Positions 27,536 to 37,167 of a stretch of DNA of 64,000 nucleotides are shown piece after piece; the first letter of the stretch is position 1, and every line of letters begins with the position of its first letter. Source of the stretch: an uncultured delta proteobacterium (GTDB lineage Bacteria > Bdellovibrionota > FAC87 > UBA2466); NCBI GenBank assembly GCA_963778115.1, contig CAVZSV010000004.1:1088001-1152000 (forward strand). The letters run 5' to 3'. Under the pieces are notes generated by a model. The model saw nothing but the letters and a program-made list of their open reading frames with translations, was not told the DNA's origin and did not search any database. The translations under genes and the position numbers were made by a program.

Positions 27536-27882
27536 TCCTTAACGATCTCGATTTCCTTGTGCGCTCTCTCACTCGGCTGAATCCGCCAATGCCCGAGTCT
27601 CCTCACGCGCACGGCCCGTGCTGTCGCATGAGTGAGTACCGCATTAGTAAAGAAAAGAAGTAGAGCGACGAAAGTGACTTTAATACGAGATTGCCAGTCA
27701 GAATCATCCAACCATACGGCAAGGCCGATCAGAAAAATACTGAGGCTCGATACCGGAGCGGTGTATTGCAACTTTTCCAGAGGCCTTGTCATCACCATTT
27801 GGAAAAAAGCGCTCAGTAGGGCGATAAAAATCGCCGTCCCCAGACAGATGGATACGGCCCAGGACCAGTTCCACTCGTTCAT
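27532..27882 (-). CDS. Mrp/Mnh subunit G
   Basis: Start MNEWNW with ATGA overlap to F; NAVLTHATARA. Confidence 0.8.
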   Translation of the reverse strand: MNEWNWSWAVSICLGTAIFIALLSAFFQMVMTRPLEKLQYTAPVSSLSIFLIGLAVWLDDSDWQSRIKVTFVALLLFFTNAVLTHATARAVRVRRLGHWRIQPSERAHKEIEIVKE

Positions 27883-28130
27883 ATCCAACGCTCCAAAAAG
27901 CGCGCAAAGACCATTCCTCCCCCAAAGGAGAGAAGTGCGGCGGTAAGGGCAAGATCGAAAAAGGCGGGTCGATGAAAAGCTTCCGCCAAAAGCACAAGGA
28001 GGATCGTTTCTATGACACCAGCTATTTCCAAACCTGCCAGCCGATCCTCGAGCTTCGATTTCATACACACTACCGCACAAGGAATCCAAGCCAACATCAG
28101 CAAACCCGCACTGCAAAGCCAGACATTCAT
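27879..28130 (-). CDS. Mrp/Mnh subunit F
   Basis: DRLAGLE...DLALTAALLSFGGGMVFARFLER. Confidence 0.85.
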   Translation of the reverse strand: MNVWLCSAGLLMLAWIPCAVVCMKSKLEDRLAGLEIAGVIETILLVLLAEAFHRPAFFDLALTAALLSFGGGMVFARFLERWI

Positions 28131-28624
28131 GAAGAGGCTCCCAATTTGCGAATCATCGTATTTACCTTCGTAGGTTGCAGTTGATGAAGAAAAAGAAGAT
28201 GGCGGTTAGGCACGAAACCCAAGGCAATCGAATTTGGGGTAAGAGTGGGAAGGGTTAGGCCGAGAATCCGTCGAGCTTGAGATTGTCGATCCGGGCCTCC
28301 CGTGTCGAAAGGTACGGCTCTGAGTCGGCCTCGAGTGGCAAGGGGCCGGAAGAGTTTCCTTATACCGAAATGAAAGGCTACATAGGTTCCCTGGAGAGCG
28401 TACCAAGGAATTCGCCACACTTGTTTTGTGGCCATTTCCCATCCCACAAATAGAGAGCGGCTCCAAGACAAAACGACTTCCGTTAAGAAAAGGGTTCCCC
28501 CGATGCCTAAAATACCGATGAGCAATTCCCCCAAGCTAATTTTGACAACATAACTGAACCATAGCGTCAGTAAGACAAGAGACTTTCCTACGTATCGCGC
28601 GACTCGAAGTTTCTTGAGCTCCAT
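28127..28624 (-). CDS. Mrp/Mnh subunit E
   Basis: TLTPNSIAL...LFLHQL; first gene of the operon. Confidence 0.75.
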   Translation of the reverse strand: MELKKLRVARYVGKSLVLLTLWFSYVVKISLGELLIGILGIGGTLFLTEVVLSWSRSLFVGWEMATKQVWRIPWYALQGTYVAFHFGIRKLFRPLATRGRLRAVPFDTGGPDRQSQARRILGLTLPTLTPNSIALGFVPNRHLLFLHQLQPTKVNTMIRKLGASS

Positions 28625-28638
28625 ACGTTAGGAAGAGA

Positions 28639-28655
28639 TGCAAAGGGGATGCCCA
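28639..28655 (-). promoter_or_regulatory. Sigma54 promoter of the Mrp-like operon
   Basis: Minus strand TGGGCATCCCCTTTGCA, GG-N10-GC. Confidence 0.55.
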
Positions 28656-28668
28656 AATTCCCTTCGCA

Positions 28669-29733
28669 TCAGGACTTTGGTGTTTCTCTTATTTCGGAGC
28701 TTCTATCAGGCGGTCTCGATTTTGTGGTAAGGGACCGGTCCCTGCGAAGCATAATCGGGGGAAATCCGACAATGTCATAAGTCGAAGAGGCGACGCCAAT
28801 TCCCATTTTATTTAGCTCCCTTCGAATTTCTCGACTGATGGCGTCCTTCACCTCACGAATTCCGTGAGTCGGCACCAAGAACCGAACGGTAAGTTCGATC
28901 CAATTATCGGTAAGTCGATAAAAGACACGCGGGTTCACATCAATGAGTTTCACCCCGTAGATTTCTTCCATCTGCTTAAGCGCGGTGCCGGTAAGCTCTG
29001 CAACTTGGACACTGTGTTTTTCAGTCGCGCGAAGCAGAATCTTCTCAGCGGCTTCATCGTTTGAAGAATAACTCACCGGAATCATAATCTCCTCCCAGAT
29101 GAAGGGAAACTCTCGGGTATAGTTGTAGACGGGAGTTTCGAAAATCTTGTCATTGGTCACGGTAACGAGACGTCCCGTATACTGCCGGCTCTTCACCCAC
29201 ATGGAGGGATCGGCGTCTTGAACGGAGGGGGGCTGCCCCATTTCCATAATCGTGGTTTGGATAAATCCCAGCGCGATGACGTCTCCTCTGACTCCTCCCA
29301 TTGTGATGCGATCACCCACGTTAAACGTTTTTCCTCTTAAGATGACAAAATAGCCTGCGATCGCTGTGATCACGCGCTGAAGGGCAAAAGCCAGGCCCGC
29401 CGTCACCAATCCGACAGCGGTAGTAAGACGTGCCGGATCATCGAACCAAATAGAAACGAATCCCAAGATAAGGAGTACCGCCGTGGCCAGTTGAGTCCCT
29501 TGTCCAATCCAAAATCGAAGTTTTTCTCGGTGAATACCGTTAAGGACAAGCTTAGCGATGAGTTTTGTTACTCTGCCTAACACTAAGACCAAAAGAATAA
29601 AGCCAAGGCTAAAGATCAGCTTCTTACCGTTCTCAGGAGTCACTCCGACGAGCTTGACGCCGAGAACAGCAACAGCATGATGGGGTCCTACGTGTTCGAC
29701 CAAGGTCATCCCCGTTGCTGTTTCAAGAAACAC
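28669..29733 (-). CDS. MscS mechanosensitive channel family protein
   Basis: GLAFALQ, FNVGDRITMGGVRGDV, TGRLVTVTN, VYNYT. Confidence 0.92.
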   Translation of the reverse strand: MFLETATGMTLVEHVGPHHAVAVLGVKLVGVTPENGKKLIFSLGFILLVLVLGRVTKLIAKLVLNGIHREKLRFWIGQGTQLATAVLLILGFVSIWFDDPARLTTAVGLVTAGLAFALQRVITAIAGYFVILRGKTFNVGDRITMGGVRGDVIALGFIQTTIMEMGQPPSVQDADPSMWVKSRQYTGRLVTVTNDKIFETPVYNYTREFPFIWEEIMIPVSYSSNDEAAEKILLRATEKHSVQVAELTGTALKQMEEIYGVKLIDVNPRVFYRLTDNWIELTVRFLVPTHGIREVKDAISREIRRELNKMGIGVASSTYDIVGFPPIMLRRDRSLTTKSRPPDRSSEIRETPKS

Positions 29734-29922
29734 GCCAGAAAGTTTGGCAAGCGCGAAGCTTTCCCTATCTCGCCTTGAGCTCTAGAACACGATCGGCGCA
29801 ATAAGCCTAAGCCTCAGGAACGGTTTACGACCGCCACAGCTTTCGGATGACAACGGCACGACGCCTGCATGCTGCTATGTCGAAGAGAGAACTCAAGTGA
29901 TTGTCTTCATAAGGAGGGTCCG

Positions 29923-30153
29923 ATGAACGAAAATACTTTAATAGATCAAGCCAGCCGCGTGCTAACCCCGCTTAAAAAAAATATCGATTCCGCCGGTCCC
30001 GGGGGCCAGTCGTATGATTTGGCGCCCACTCCCCGACTGGCTGAGCCCAGCGCTGCGACGAGTCCCACGTCACACGATAAATTCCTTCTTGCGACCGTTT
30101 TCTTAGTCGGATTGGCGATTGGCTTTTCTTTAGGCCACGATAGTTCTAGATAA
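29923..30153 (+). CDS. Small hypothetical protein with C-terminal TM segment
   Basis: AAGGAGG SD; upstream sigma54-like CGGCACGACGCCTGCA (GG 29855). Confidence 0.55.
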   Translation: MNENTLIDQASRVLTPLKKNIDSAGPGGQSYDLAPTPRLAEPSAATSPTSHDKFLLATVFLVGLAIGFSLGHDSSR

Positions 30154-31894
30154 GCTCCCTGACTTTATCCGATAGAGCAGTCAGAGCAATTTTTCCTCCG
30201 TAGGGTTCCCCTTTGGCCAGCGATTCGGCGAAATGGAGTGCCTGCTCAACCGTGATTTTACCCGGCATGGGAGCTTCAAACGGATCCACGACGGCTTCGA
30301 TAATCGTTGGTTTTCCGTTTGCGATCGCCTCATCGAGAATTCGTCCACAATCCCGGGGATCGTCAATCGTATATCCGATTCCGCCGCAAACGCGGGCAAA
30401 ACCCGCAAAGTCGATAGGCTCCAGCTCTACTCCAAATTCGGGATTTCCTAGAAACACCATTTGCTCCCATTTAATCTGTCCCAGCGTATTGTTCTTGATA
30501 ACGATAACTTTAATCGGGAGTTTGTATTTCACCGCGGTGACAAATTCACCCATCAGCATTGTAAACCCGCCATCTCCCACGAAAGCGACGCACTGTCGGT
30601 CCGGATGGGCGATTTGTGCTGCAATCGTATAGGGCAGACCACAGGCCATAGTCGCCAGGTTTCCCGAGCAAGAAAACATCTGTCCCCGACGAGCGTAAAT
30701 CTGTCTCGCCCACCATGTCGTGATCGTCCCCGAGTCAGATGACACGATGGCATTGTCCTTCAATCGTCTCCCTAGTTCGTGAGCGACTACCTGGGGCTTC
30801 ATTGGTTTGCCCTGGTGAGTTCCACGGCTTTCCATTAGACCATCCCACTTTTGTTTTCCTTCGATGGCTGTCTCTAGAAACTTTCTATCGGATTTTTGGT
30901 TCAGCAGCGGCAAAAGCACACTAAGGCCTGCTCTGCTGTCGCAAACAAGACCGGTCTCTGCCGGATACCTCAAGCCAATTCGTGTCGGATCCACATCCAT
31001 TTGCACGCAGCGAGCGTCGCCGGGCTTGGGATAAAATTCGATATAAGGGAAAGAGGTCCCGACGATTAGCAAAGTGTCACACCTTTCTAAAGCTTCCTGC
31101 GAAGGCCTTGTCCCCAATAACCCTATGCCCCCCAGACAACTCGGATGAGCGTCTGGTACCGCTGCTTTTCCGAGCAACGCCTTAATAATGGGTGCGTTGA
31201 GTTTTTCCGATACGGCGATGATTTCGTCCGTCGCATGGATAGCACCCCGTCCCACCAGCATGACAACTCTATTTCCGGCATTTAATATCTCCGCAGCATT
31301 TTCGAGAGCGGTTCGATCGGGCAGAGTCACCCCGTGCGCGTACTTGTTGGAAACGTGATGAGGGACGTTCCTTGCCGAATGTTTTTTCGCGGGTAATAAC
31401 TGCACATCCACCGGCATCGTAATATGAGAGACACCACGTTGACTAAGGGCAGTTCGGCACGCTAGCTCGGCTACGTTTTCGGTGTGGGAAGGGTCCATCA
31501 CCCTACTGTTATAGACGCAGACATCTTCAAATAGCTTATCGAGCTCCACATCCTGCTGTCCGTGGGTATTGAGGAGATCGCGAAACTGAAGTCCGGTGAT
31601 CGCAAGGACCGGTTGTCCATCGCACTTTGCATCATAGAGACCGTTTAGAAGATGAATTCCTCCCGGTCCCGACGTCGCGAGGCAAACCCCAAGTTTGCCC
31701 GTGTACTTGGCATACGCACAGGCCATAAAGGCCGCTGACTCTTCGTGGCGCACCTGAATGAAACGAAGCCTGTCTTTTCGCTTTCTGAATGCTTCCATGA
31801 TTCCGTTAATGCCGTCTCCAGGCAGACCAAAGATCGTATCGACTCCCCAGTCCATAATGGTATCTAACAAAATATCGGACGCCGTATCTGACAT
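30146..31894 (-). CDS. TPP-dependent pyruvate oxidase/dehydrogenase (PoxB-like)
   Basis: GLPGDG, RHEESAAF, GDGG...NN TPP motif. Confidence 0.92.
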   Translation of the reverse strand: MSDTASDILLDTIMDWGVDTIFGLPGDGINGIMEAFRKRKDRLRFIQVRHEESAAFMACAYAKYTGKLGVCLATSGPGGIHLLNGLYDAKCDGQPVLAITGLQFRDLLNTHGQQDVELDKLFEDVCVYNSRVMDPSHTENVAELACRTALSQRGVSHITMPVDVQLLPAKKHSARNVPHHVSNKYAHGVTLPDRTALENAAEILNAGNRVVMLVGRGAIHATDEIIAVSEKLNAPIIKALLGKAAVPDAHPSCLGGIGLLGTRPSQEALERCDTLLIVGTSFPYIEFYPKPGDARCVQMDVDPTRIGLRYPAETGLVCDSRAGLSVLLPLLNQKSDRKFLETAIEGKQKWDGLMESRGTHQGKPMKPQVVAHELGRRLKDNAIVSSDSGTITTWWARQIYARRGQMFSCSGNLATMACGLPYTIAAQIAHPDRQCVAFVGDGGFTMLMGEFVTAVKYKLPIKVIVIKNNTLGQIKWEQMVFLGNPEFGVELEPIDFAGFARVCGGIGYTIDDPRDCGRILDEAIANGKPTIIEAVVDPFEAPMPGKITVEQALHFAESLAKGEPYGGKIALTALSDKVRELI

Positions 31895-31896
31895 AA

Positions 31897-34866
31897 CTAC
31901 TTCTCCTTGTTCGACCGAACTACTTCGGCTTTAAACGCCTGAGGCTGTCGCAGAGCAAGTTGCATCACCTGTGCCAGGTGCAAAGGCTTTTTCCCACAGA
32001 GCTCCCTAATCTGATGCTGACAGCTAAATCCGTTCGCGAGGATTAAGATATCCGGATCGGAAGCCTGAATCCTGCGAATCTTAGGAGCCATCTTGTACTC
32101 GCCTATTTGTCTAGAAATATCAAAGTGCTCCGCCTCAAATCCAAAGGACCCCGCTAAACCGCAGCAGCCGCTATCCAACATTTCGCAATCTACCCCCATT
32201 TTCTTCAACACCTCTTCTTCGTCGGAAGTCCCGAAGATGGCTTTGTGATGACAGTGGGGCTGAGCAACGGCTTTCTTGGGCAATTTAGGGAATACATAAT
32301 TAATGGCACGTTGATTCATAAACTCTCCCAACAAGAAAGACTGTTTTTTCAGTCTTATCGCCTGTTCGCTGGTGGGAAGAAGATTCGTGAGTTCGTCACG
32401 AAATACGGCCATGCAACTGGGCTCGAGTCCTACAATCGGAACGCCATTTCGAATGGGTTCCTCAAGCTGTTGAAGTATCTGCAGCAGAAGTTTTTTTGCG
32501 GCGGCCAAGAAGCCGTAGTCATACAGAGGCCGTCCGCAACAGAGCGATGCCTTAGGTACTATCACTCGAAATCCAGCATCCTCTAACACTTCCACGGCGG
32601 CGATCGCTATTTCGGGAGTAAAATTATTATTGAAAGTATCTGCCCATAGGATAACGGGCTCTCCGTTCTCATTTTTCTTTGGTCTGTCTCGCCACCAACT
32701 CTTGAAGGTCTGAAGCGCAAACGTGGGCATCGCCCTATTGGTAGTAATCCCCCCCATTTTCTTTACCAGTGAACCAAGCAATTTAGATTGAGTCACTGCA
32801 TTCACCAAACGAGGTATTCGCGAAGCTAAACGAGCCCACCAATAGATCCCGCCGATGGAGTAGGCAACCCGCGGACGAAGGCGCCCCTTATAATAATGAG
32901 AGAGAAACTCCGCCTTGAGCGTTGCCACGTCTACCTGAACGGGACAGTCCCCTTTACAGCCTTTACAGGAGAGGCACAGGCCGAGAGCCTCTTTGACGTG
33001 TTCGTCGTGCCATCCCTTTTTGAGACCTCCGCGTACCGTTTCGAAAAGCATGTGCGTACGTCCGCGCGTAGAATGCATCTCTTCCCGCGTCACGCGAAAA
33101 CTGGGGCACATGGTTCCCCCTTGTTCTCGCCTGCATTCCCCTACCCCAACGCAACGCTCAGTCGCGTGAGCAAAACTGCCGTTATCCTCCGGATAATGAA
33201 AATACGTGGTTCCCGGTTTAGGATCGTAGTCCGTTCCAAAACGAAGATTATCAGTGGGACGATACGCATCAACCACTTTACCGGGGTTCATCTTGCCCAT
33301 GGGATCCCAAATACGTTTGAATTCTCCAAAGGCCTCGACGAGCTCGGGGCCGAACATTTTGGGAAGAAGTTCGGCCCGAGACTGACCATCTCCATGTTCT
33401 CCGGATAGTGAGCCGCCGTAACTTACGACGAGATCCGCCGCCTCCCCAATAAATCGACGATATTTGAGTATGCCGTCTTGAGACTTCAAATCGAAATCGA
33501 TGCGGCAATGAACACAGGCTTGACCGAAATGTCCGTAAAGACTGGTATCGTATTTAAATTTATCTAAGAGTTTTCTGAAATCCCTGAGATAATCACCTAA
33601 CTTTTCCGGAGGAACTGCGGAGTCCTCCCAGCCTTCATGAGTGTCCGGTTTCCCCTTCGTGAAGGCTGTCGTTCCGAGACCAGCCTCTCTTACCTTCCAA
33701 AGCTCTTTTTCTTTCTCCGCGTCATCAGCAAGATTCATGCGATCTTTTGAGACTCCCGTTTTCGCCAGTGCCTCCATCAGTCGATGGGCCTTTCCGTCCG
33801 ACTCCTCTTTAGTTTCCCCTCCGAATTCCACCATAAGAAATGATCTTCCCTCGGGTAACAGGTGCAATGCCCCGACAGAGCGGCCTTGAGCTCGAACCAA
33901 TTGCACCAGCTTATCGTCAAGGCCTTCAATGGCGGTGGGGCCAAAGGATATGGTCAGCGGGACATGATCCGCCGCTGTGGCAATTTCATCGAATCCGATA
34001 ACCAGCATTGACCTTTTGGGAGGGCTATAAATCAGACGAGCCTTGGCAGCCAGAACCAATACGCAAGTTCCCTCGGTCCCTACCAGCGATCGCGCTACAT
34101 GAAATCCATTTTCAGGAAGAAGATCGTCGAGATTATAGCCGGAAACGCGACGAGGGATTTTAGGGTAACGCTCTCTGATAAGAGTTCCGTAACGATCGCT
34201 CAGCTTTTTAAGTCCAGAATAGATTTCTCCTCTACGCCCACCCTCTCGAATAATTTGCGCTAATTCTTCAGCAGATGTCTCCCCAACGCGCAATTTGAGT
34301 CCGTCATAGGTAAGGATATCTAGCTCGTGAATATTGTCGGAGACACGGCCTGCCATTTGGGCGTGCATGCCGCAGGAATTATTTCCAATCATCCCTCCTA
34401 TGACGCAATGGTTGTGTGTGGAGGGATCCGGACCAAACGTCAAACCATGTTCTTCGGCAGCGTCACGTAGCGTGTCGCAAATAGTTCCCGGCTCTACCCA
34501 AGCATATTTTTCCACTGGATTAAGATCTAACACTTTGCGCAGATACTTAGAAAAATCGATCACAACCGCAATGTTGCAACTACTCCCGGTGAGGCTAGTT
34601 CCTCCTCCCCGAGCGACGATAGGGGCCCCTAATTTTCGGCAAGCTTCCACCGTACGAATAACGTCTTCGAGGCTCTTGGGGATCACAACGCCGATAGGAA
34701 TCTGACGGTAGTTGGACCCATCCGTCGAGTACAGAGCGCGGCTTCCCTCATCAAATCGAACTTCACCCTGAATGACACCTTGGAGCGCATCACGCAACGT
34801 GCGGATGTCCGGGCGTTTCTCGTCCATCCACAGCTCGTTCTCCTTGCGCACACGCAAGACGCTCAT
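31897..34866 (-). CDS. FAD-binding and Fe-S oxidoreductase (YdiJ/GlcD-F fusion type)
   Basis: RGGGTS, SGEHGDG, CVGVGEC, CLSCKGC, CCG motifs. Confidence 0.92.
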   Translation of the reverse strand: MSVLRVRKENELWMDEKRPDIRTLRDALQGVIQGEVRFDEGSRALYSTDGSNYRQIPIGVVIPKSLEDVIRTVEACRKLGAPIVARGGGTSLTGSSCNIAVVIDFSKYLRKVLDLNPVEKYAWVEPGTICDTLRDAAEEHGLTFGPDPSTHNHCVIGGMIGNNSCGMHAQMAGRVSDNIHELDILTYDGLKLRVGETSAEELAQIIREGGRRGEIYSGLKKLSDRYGTLIRERYPKIPRRVSGYNLDDLLPENGFHVARSLVGTEGTCVLVLAAKARLIYSPPKRSMLVIGFDEIATAADHVPLTISFGPTAIEGLDDKLVQLVRAQGRSVGALHLLPEGRSFLMVEFGGETKEESDGKAHRLMEALAKTGVSKDRMNLADDAEKEKELWKVREAGLGTTAFTKGKPDTHEGWEDSAVPPEKLGDYLRDFRKLLDKFKYDTSLYGHFGQACVHCRIDFDLKSQDGILKYRRFIGEAADLVVSYGGSLSGEHGDGQSRAELLPKMFGPELVEAFGEFKRIWDPMGKMNPGKVVDAYRPTDNLRFGTDYDPKPGTTYFHYPEDNGSFAHATERCVGVGECRREQGGTMCPSFRVTREEMHSTRGRTHMLFETVRGGLKKGWHDEHVKEALGLCLSCKGCKGDCPVQVDVATLKAEFLSHYYKGRLRPRVAYSIGGIYWWARLASRIPRLVNAVTQSKLLGSLVKKMGGITTNRAMPTFALQTFKSWWRDRPKKNENGEPVILWADTFNNNFTPEIAIAAVEVLEDAGFRVIVPKASLCCGRPLYDYGFLAAAKKLLLQILQQLEEPIRNGVPIVGLEPSCMAVFRDELTNLLPTSEQAIRLKKQSFLLGEFMNQRAINYVFPKLPKKAVAQPHCHHKAIFGTSDEEEVLKKMGVDCEMLDSGCCGLAGSFGFEAEHFDISRQIGEYKMAPKIRRIQASDPDILILANGFSCQHQIRELCGKKPLHLAQVMQLALRQPQAFKAEVVRSNKEK

Positions 34867-35965
34867 CTTTTACCTCGTAACGGTTAATGGCCTCTTCATC
34901 CAATTCGATCCCATGTCCAGCAGAAGAAGAAGGTCTTGCCATTCCATTTATCATTTCTATTCTTCTCTTGAGGATCGGTTCCATTTGCGGAATAAACTCC
35001 ACGAACATGCTATTCGATACAGCCGCAGCAACGACTACGCTTAGCTCCGGGGAAACATGCGGAGCCACTTGAAGATTGGCCGCCTTAGCGAGACTACATA
35101 CCTCCATCGCCGGGGTGATCCCCCCAAGGCGCGCCACATCGGGCTGTAAAATATCGAGAGCTCCCTGCCGAAGGTATTCATAGAAATCGGCAGGGGTATA
35201 GAGACTCTCCCCTCCGGCGCGAGGAATTCGAGTATGCCGTCCCAGGGTTTTAAACCCCTGTATATCGGTAGCAAGCAGAGGTTCTTCAACCCACACGAGG
35301 TTGCAAGGTTCAAGCATTTTGATGCGAGGAACGGCTTCGTCGATGGTCCACGATTGATTGGCATCCACCATTATCTTGATCTTGGGTCCCACCGCTTCGC
35401 GCACTTTCGAGACTCGTTCAAAATCTTCTTCCGGGTCTTGTTTTCCTACCTTTAGCTTAACCGCGTGAAAGCCTTCCTCCGTGACTGCTTTATGACAGAG
35501 TTCGACCATTTCCTTTAATGGTCGATCGAGCCAGCCGACGTGGGTGTTATAGATCGGCACCTCTTCTTTGGCACCGCCTAGAAGAAGGTGCAGGGGAATG
35601 TTCATTCGTTTCGCTTGCAAGTCCCAAAGTGCTACGTCGATCGCAGCTAGTGCATCTGAAGCAATCACACCAGGGGTGAGGGCATGAATGCACTTCTTAA
35701 GAAATTCTCCCAGAAAGGTGATACGCCGGGAATCTTTGCCCAAAAGCTTTCCCGTCAACTCCCGACGCAGCAGCTCACAGATGGTCGTTCCCCCTTGACC
35801 GATGGTGTAACTAAAACCGACCCCCTTATTTCCCGCTCGGTCGGAAATTTCAACTAAGGGCAATTCAAGATTGCTGAATTTTTGAATAGCGTCTCCTCGA
35901 GGAGGATCTACTGGAATTCTAATGAGACGAGTACGAACTTCGCTAATTTCAAAAGATTTCGTCAC
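34790..35965 (-). CDS. Mandelate racemase/muconate lactonizing enzyme family protein
   Basis: KLKVG, MVDANQ, WVEEP, GGES, QPD. Confidence 0.92.
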   Translation of the reverse strand: MTKSFEISEVRTRLIRIPVDPPRGDAIQKFSNLELPLVEISDRAGNKGVGFSYTIGQGGTTICELLRRELTGKLLGKDSRRITFLGEFLKKCIHALTPGVIASDALAAIDVALWDLQAKRMNIPLHLLLGGAKEEVPIYNTHVGWLDRPLKEMVELCHKAVTEEGFHAVKLKVGKQDPEEDFERVSKVREAVGPKIKIMVDANQSWTIDEAVPRIKMLEPCNLVWVEEPLLATDIQGFKTLGRHTRIPRAGGESLYTPADFYEYLRQGALDILQPDVARLGGITPAMEVCSLAKAANLQVAPHVSPELSVVVAAAVSNSMFVEFIPQMEPILKRRIEMINGMARPSSSAGHGIELDEEAINRYEVKDERLACAQGERAVDGRETPGHPHVA

Positions 35966-36489
35966 GAGATTGCCCCCGCCGCCCGTTCGAGGCTCGGGGA
36001 ACCTTTTTCGAGCGGAGATTGCAAAGCTTTCTTAAATAAAGATCCCAACTTTTCCAAATCGGGCCGGGACTTTTTAGAGAGCAAAAGTGGAATGAAAACG
36101 TTTTGGCTTTCTTCAATTTCCTGTCTTACCGAAAGCCTCAGCGTTTCGAAATTAGATTTCCATTGCTCGCTAACGATTTCGTCTTCCTTGCGTGGCAGTT
36201 TGTCGAGCTCCTTGAGGAGCTGTTGCCGCTTAGCGGAAACGCTCTCATCCGTATGCGGGCCCGTCTGGTGAGAGACCAAGCTTTCTTTCTTTGCGAACCA
36301 GTAAACATGCAGGGCAGCACTAATCCTTGGAAAAAGATCGTACCGGCTAGTGGGACGTCCTAATATTTCGCTCATCTCATCCAACATCATCAAAATTTCT
36401 CTCTCTAATCCGGCTAATAGCTGTGTGATCAGTCGAGGCTCTTGCTGTTGCTGCCGATCTTCACTTTTTTCATCCCGAGAGCCCATCAC
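35962..36489 (-). CDS. Degenerate hemerythrin-like helical protein
   Basis: Helical pattern L..H..., EIEESQNVFIP; most His ligands absent; upstream sigma54 TGGCGCGCTACTTGCA (36516-36531, minus). Confidence 0.45.
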   Translation of the reverse strand: MMGSRDEKSEDRQQQQEPRLITQLLAGLEREILMMLDEMSEILGRPTSRYDLFPRISAALHVYWFAKKESLVSHQTGPHTDESVSAKRQQLLKELDKLPRKEDEIVSEQWKSNFETLRLSVRQEIEESQNVFIPLLLSKKSRPDLEKLGSLFKKALQSPLEKGSPSLERAAGAIS

Positions 36490-36612
36490 ACACCTCTTGC
36501 GTTCCCTATTAGTGATGCAAGTAGCGCGCCCATATTCTATTAGGCTTGTCTTCGTAGGGTGCTATTTCGCTACGAACAGGGTAAAGGTTCCCGTATTGAG
36601 AAAGGAAAAATT

Positions 36613-36993
36613 ATGAAAACAGCGATTGGAAAGAGAGTTTGGGCTATTGCCGAAGGATACATTCCCTTGGGAAGCCATGGAAAAGAGCCCGAGTTTACTA
36701 GCCACGAAACCGCCTGTTTACTCAATACCGGTGAGCAGGAGGCGCATGTAAGTTTTACCGTCTATTTCTCGGATCGGGAACCCGTGGGTCCGTATCGCGT
36801 TACGGTGGGGGCGAAGCGAACCAAGCACGTGCGTTTCAATGATTTAAGCGATCCGGCTCTAATTCCTCGCGGTACCGATTATTCCAGTGTGATTGAATCG
36901 GATGTCCCAATCGTCGTACAGCACACCCGATTGGATTCCCGACAGGCTGAGAACGCGTTAGTTACTACCATTGCTTTCCCCGTGAGTGACTAG
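36613..36993 (+). CDS. Sensory rhodopsin transducer (ASRT) family protein
   Basis: IGKRVWAIAEGYIP, SHET, ESDVPIVVQHTRLDSRQAENA. Confidence 0.9.
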   Translation: MKTAIGKRVWAIAEGYIPLGSHGKEPEFTSHETACLLNTGEQEAHVSFTVYFSDREPVGPYRVTVGAKRTKHVRFNDLSDPALIPRGTDYSSVIESDVPIVVQHTRLDSRQAENALVTTIAFPVSD

Positions 36994-37167
36994 CAGTTAC
37001 TGTGTCTTACCTCTACAGTATTTCGTTTTATGAGGTGTAATGCGACTGAGGGGCACGACTAACTTCTAATGGCCCCCCCGGTTTCCCTTTCCCGCCCACC
37101 TATTTGAAAAAGAAGCTTCCCCATGGATGGCCTGTCGCTTGCACATCCTATGTTTGGGAGACCAATA

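Noticed and set aside
27883..28116. Long N-terminal extension of subunit G in the ORF track
   Set aside because: Overlaps subunit F; ATG 27882 gives a typical ATGA coupling
34790..34866. 77-bp overlap between the enolase-family and FAD oxidoreductase genes as a recoding signal
   Set aside because: Largely explained by a later start (MDEKRP); no slippery site evident
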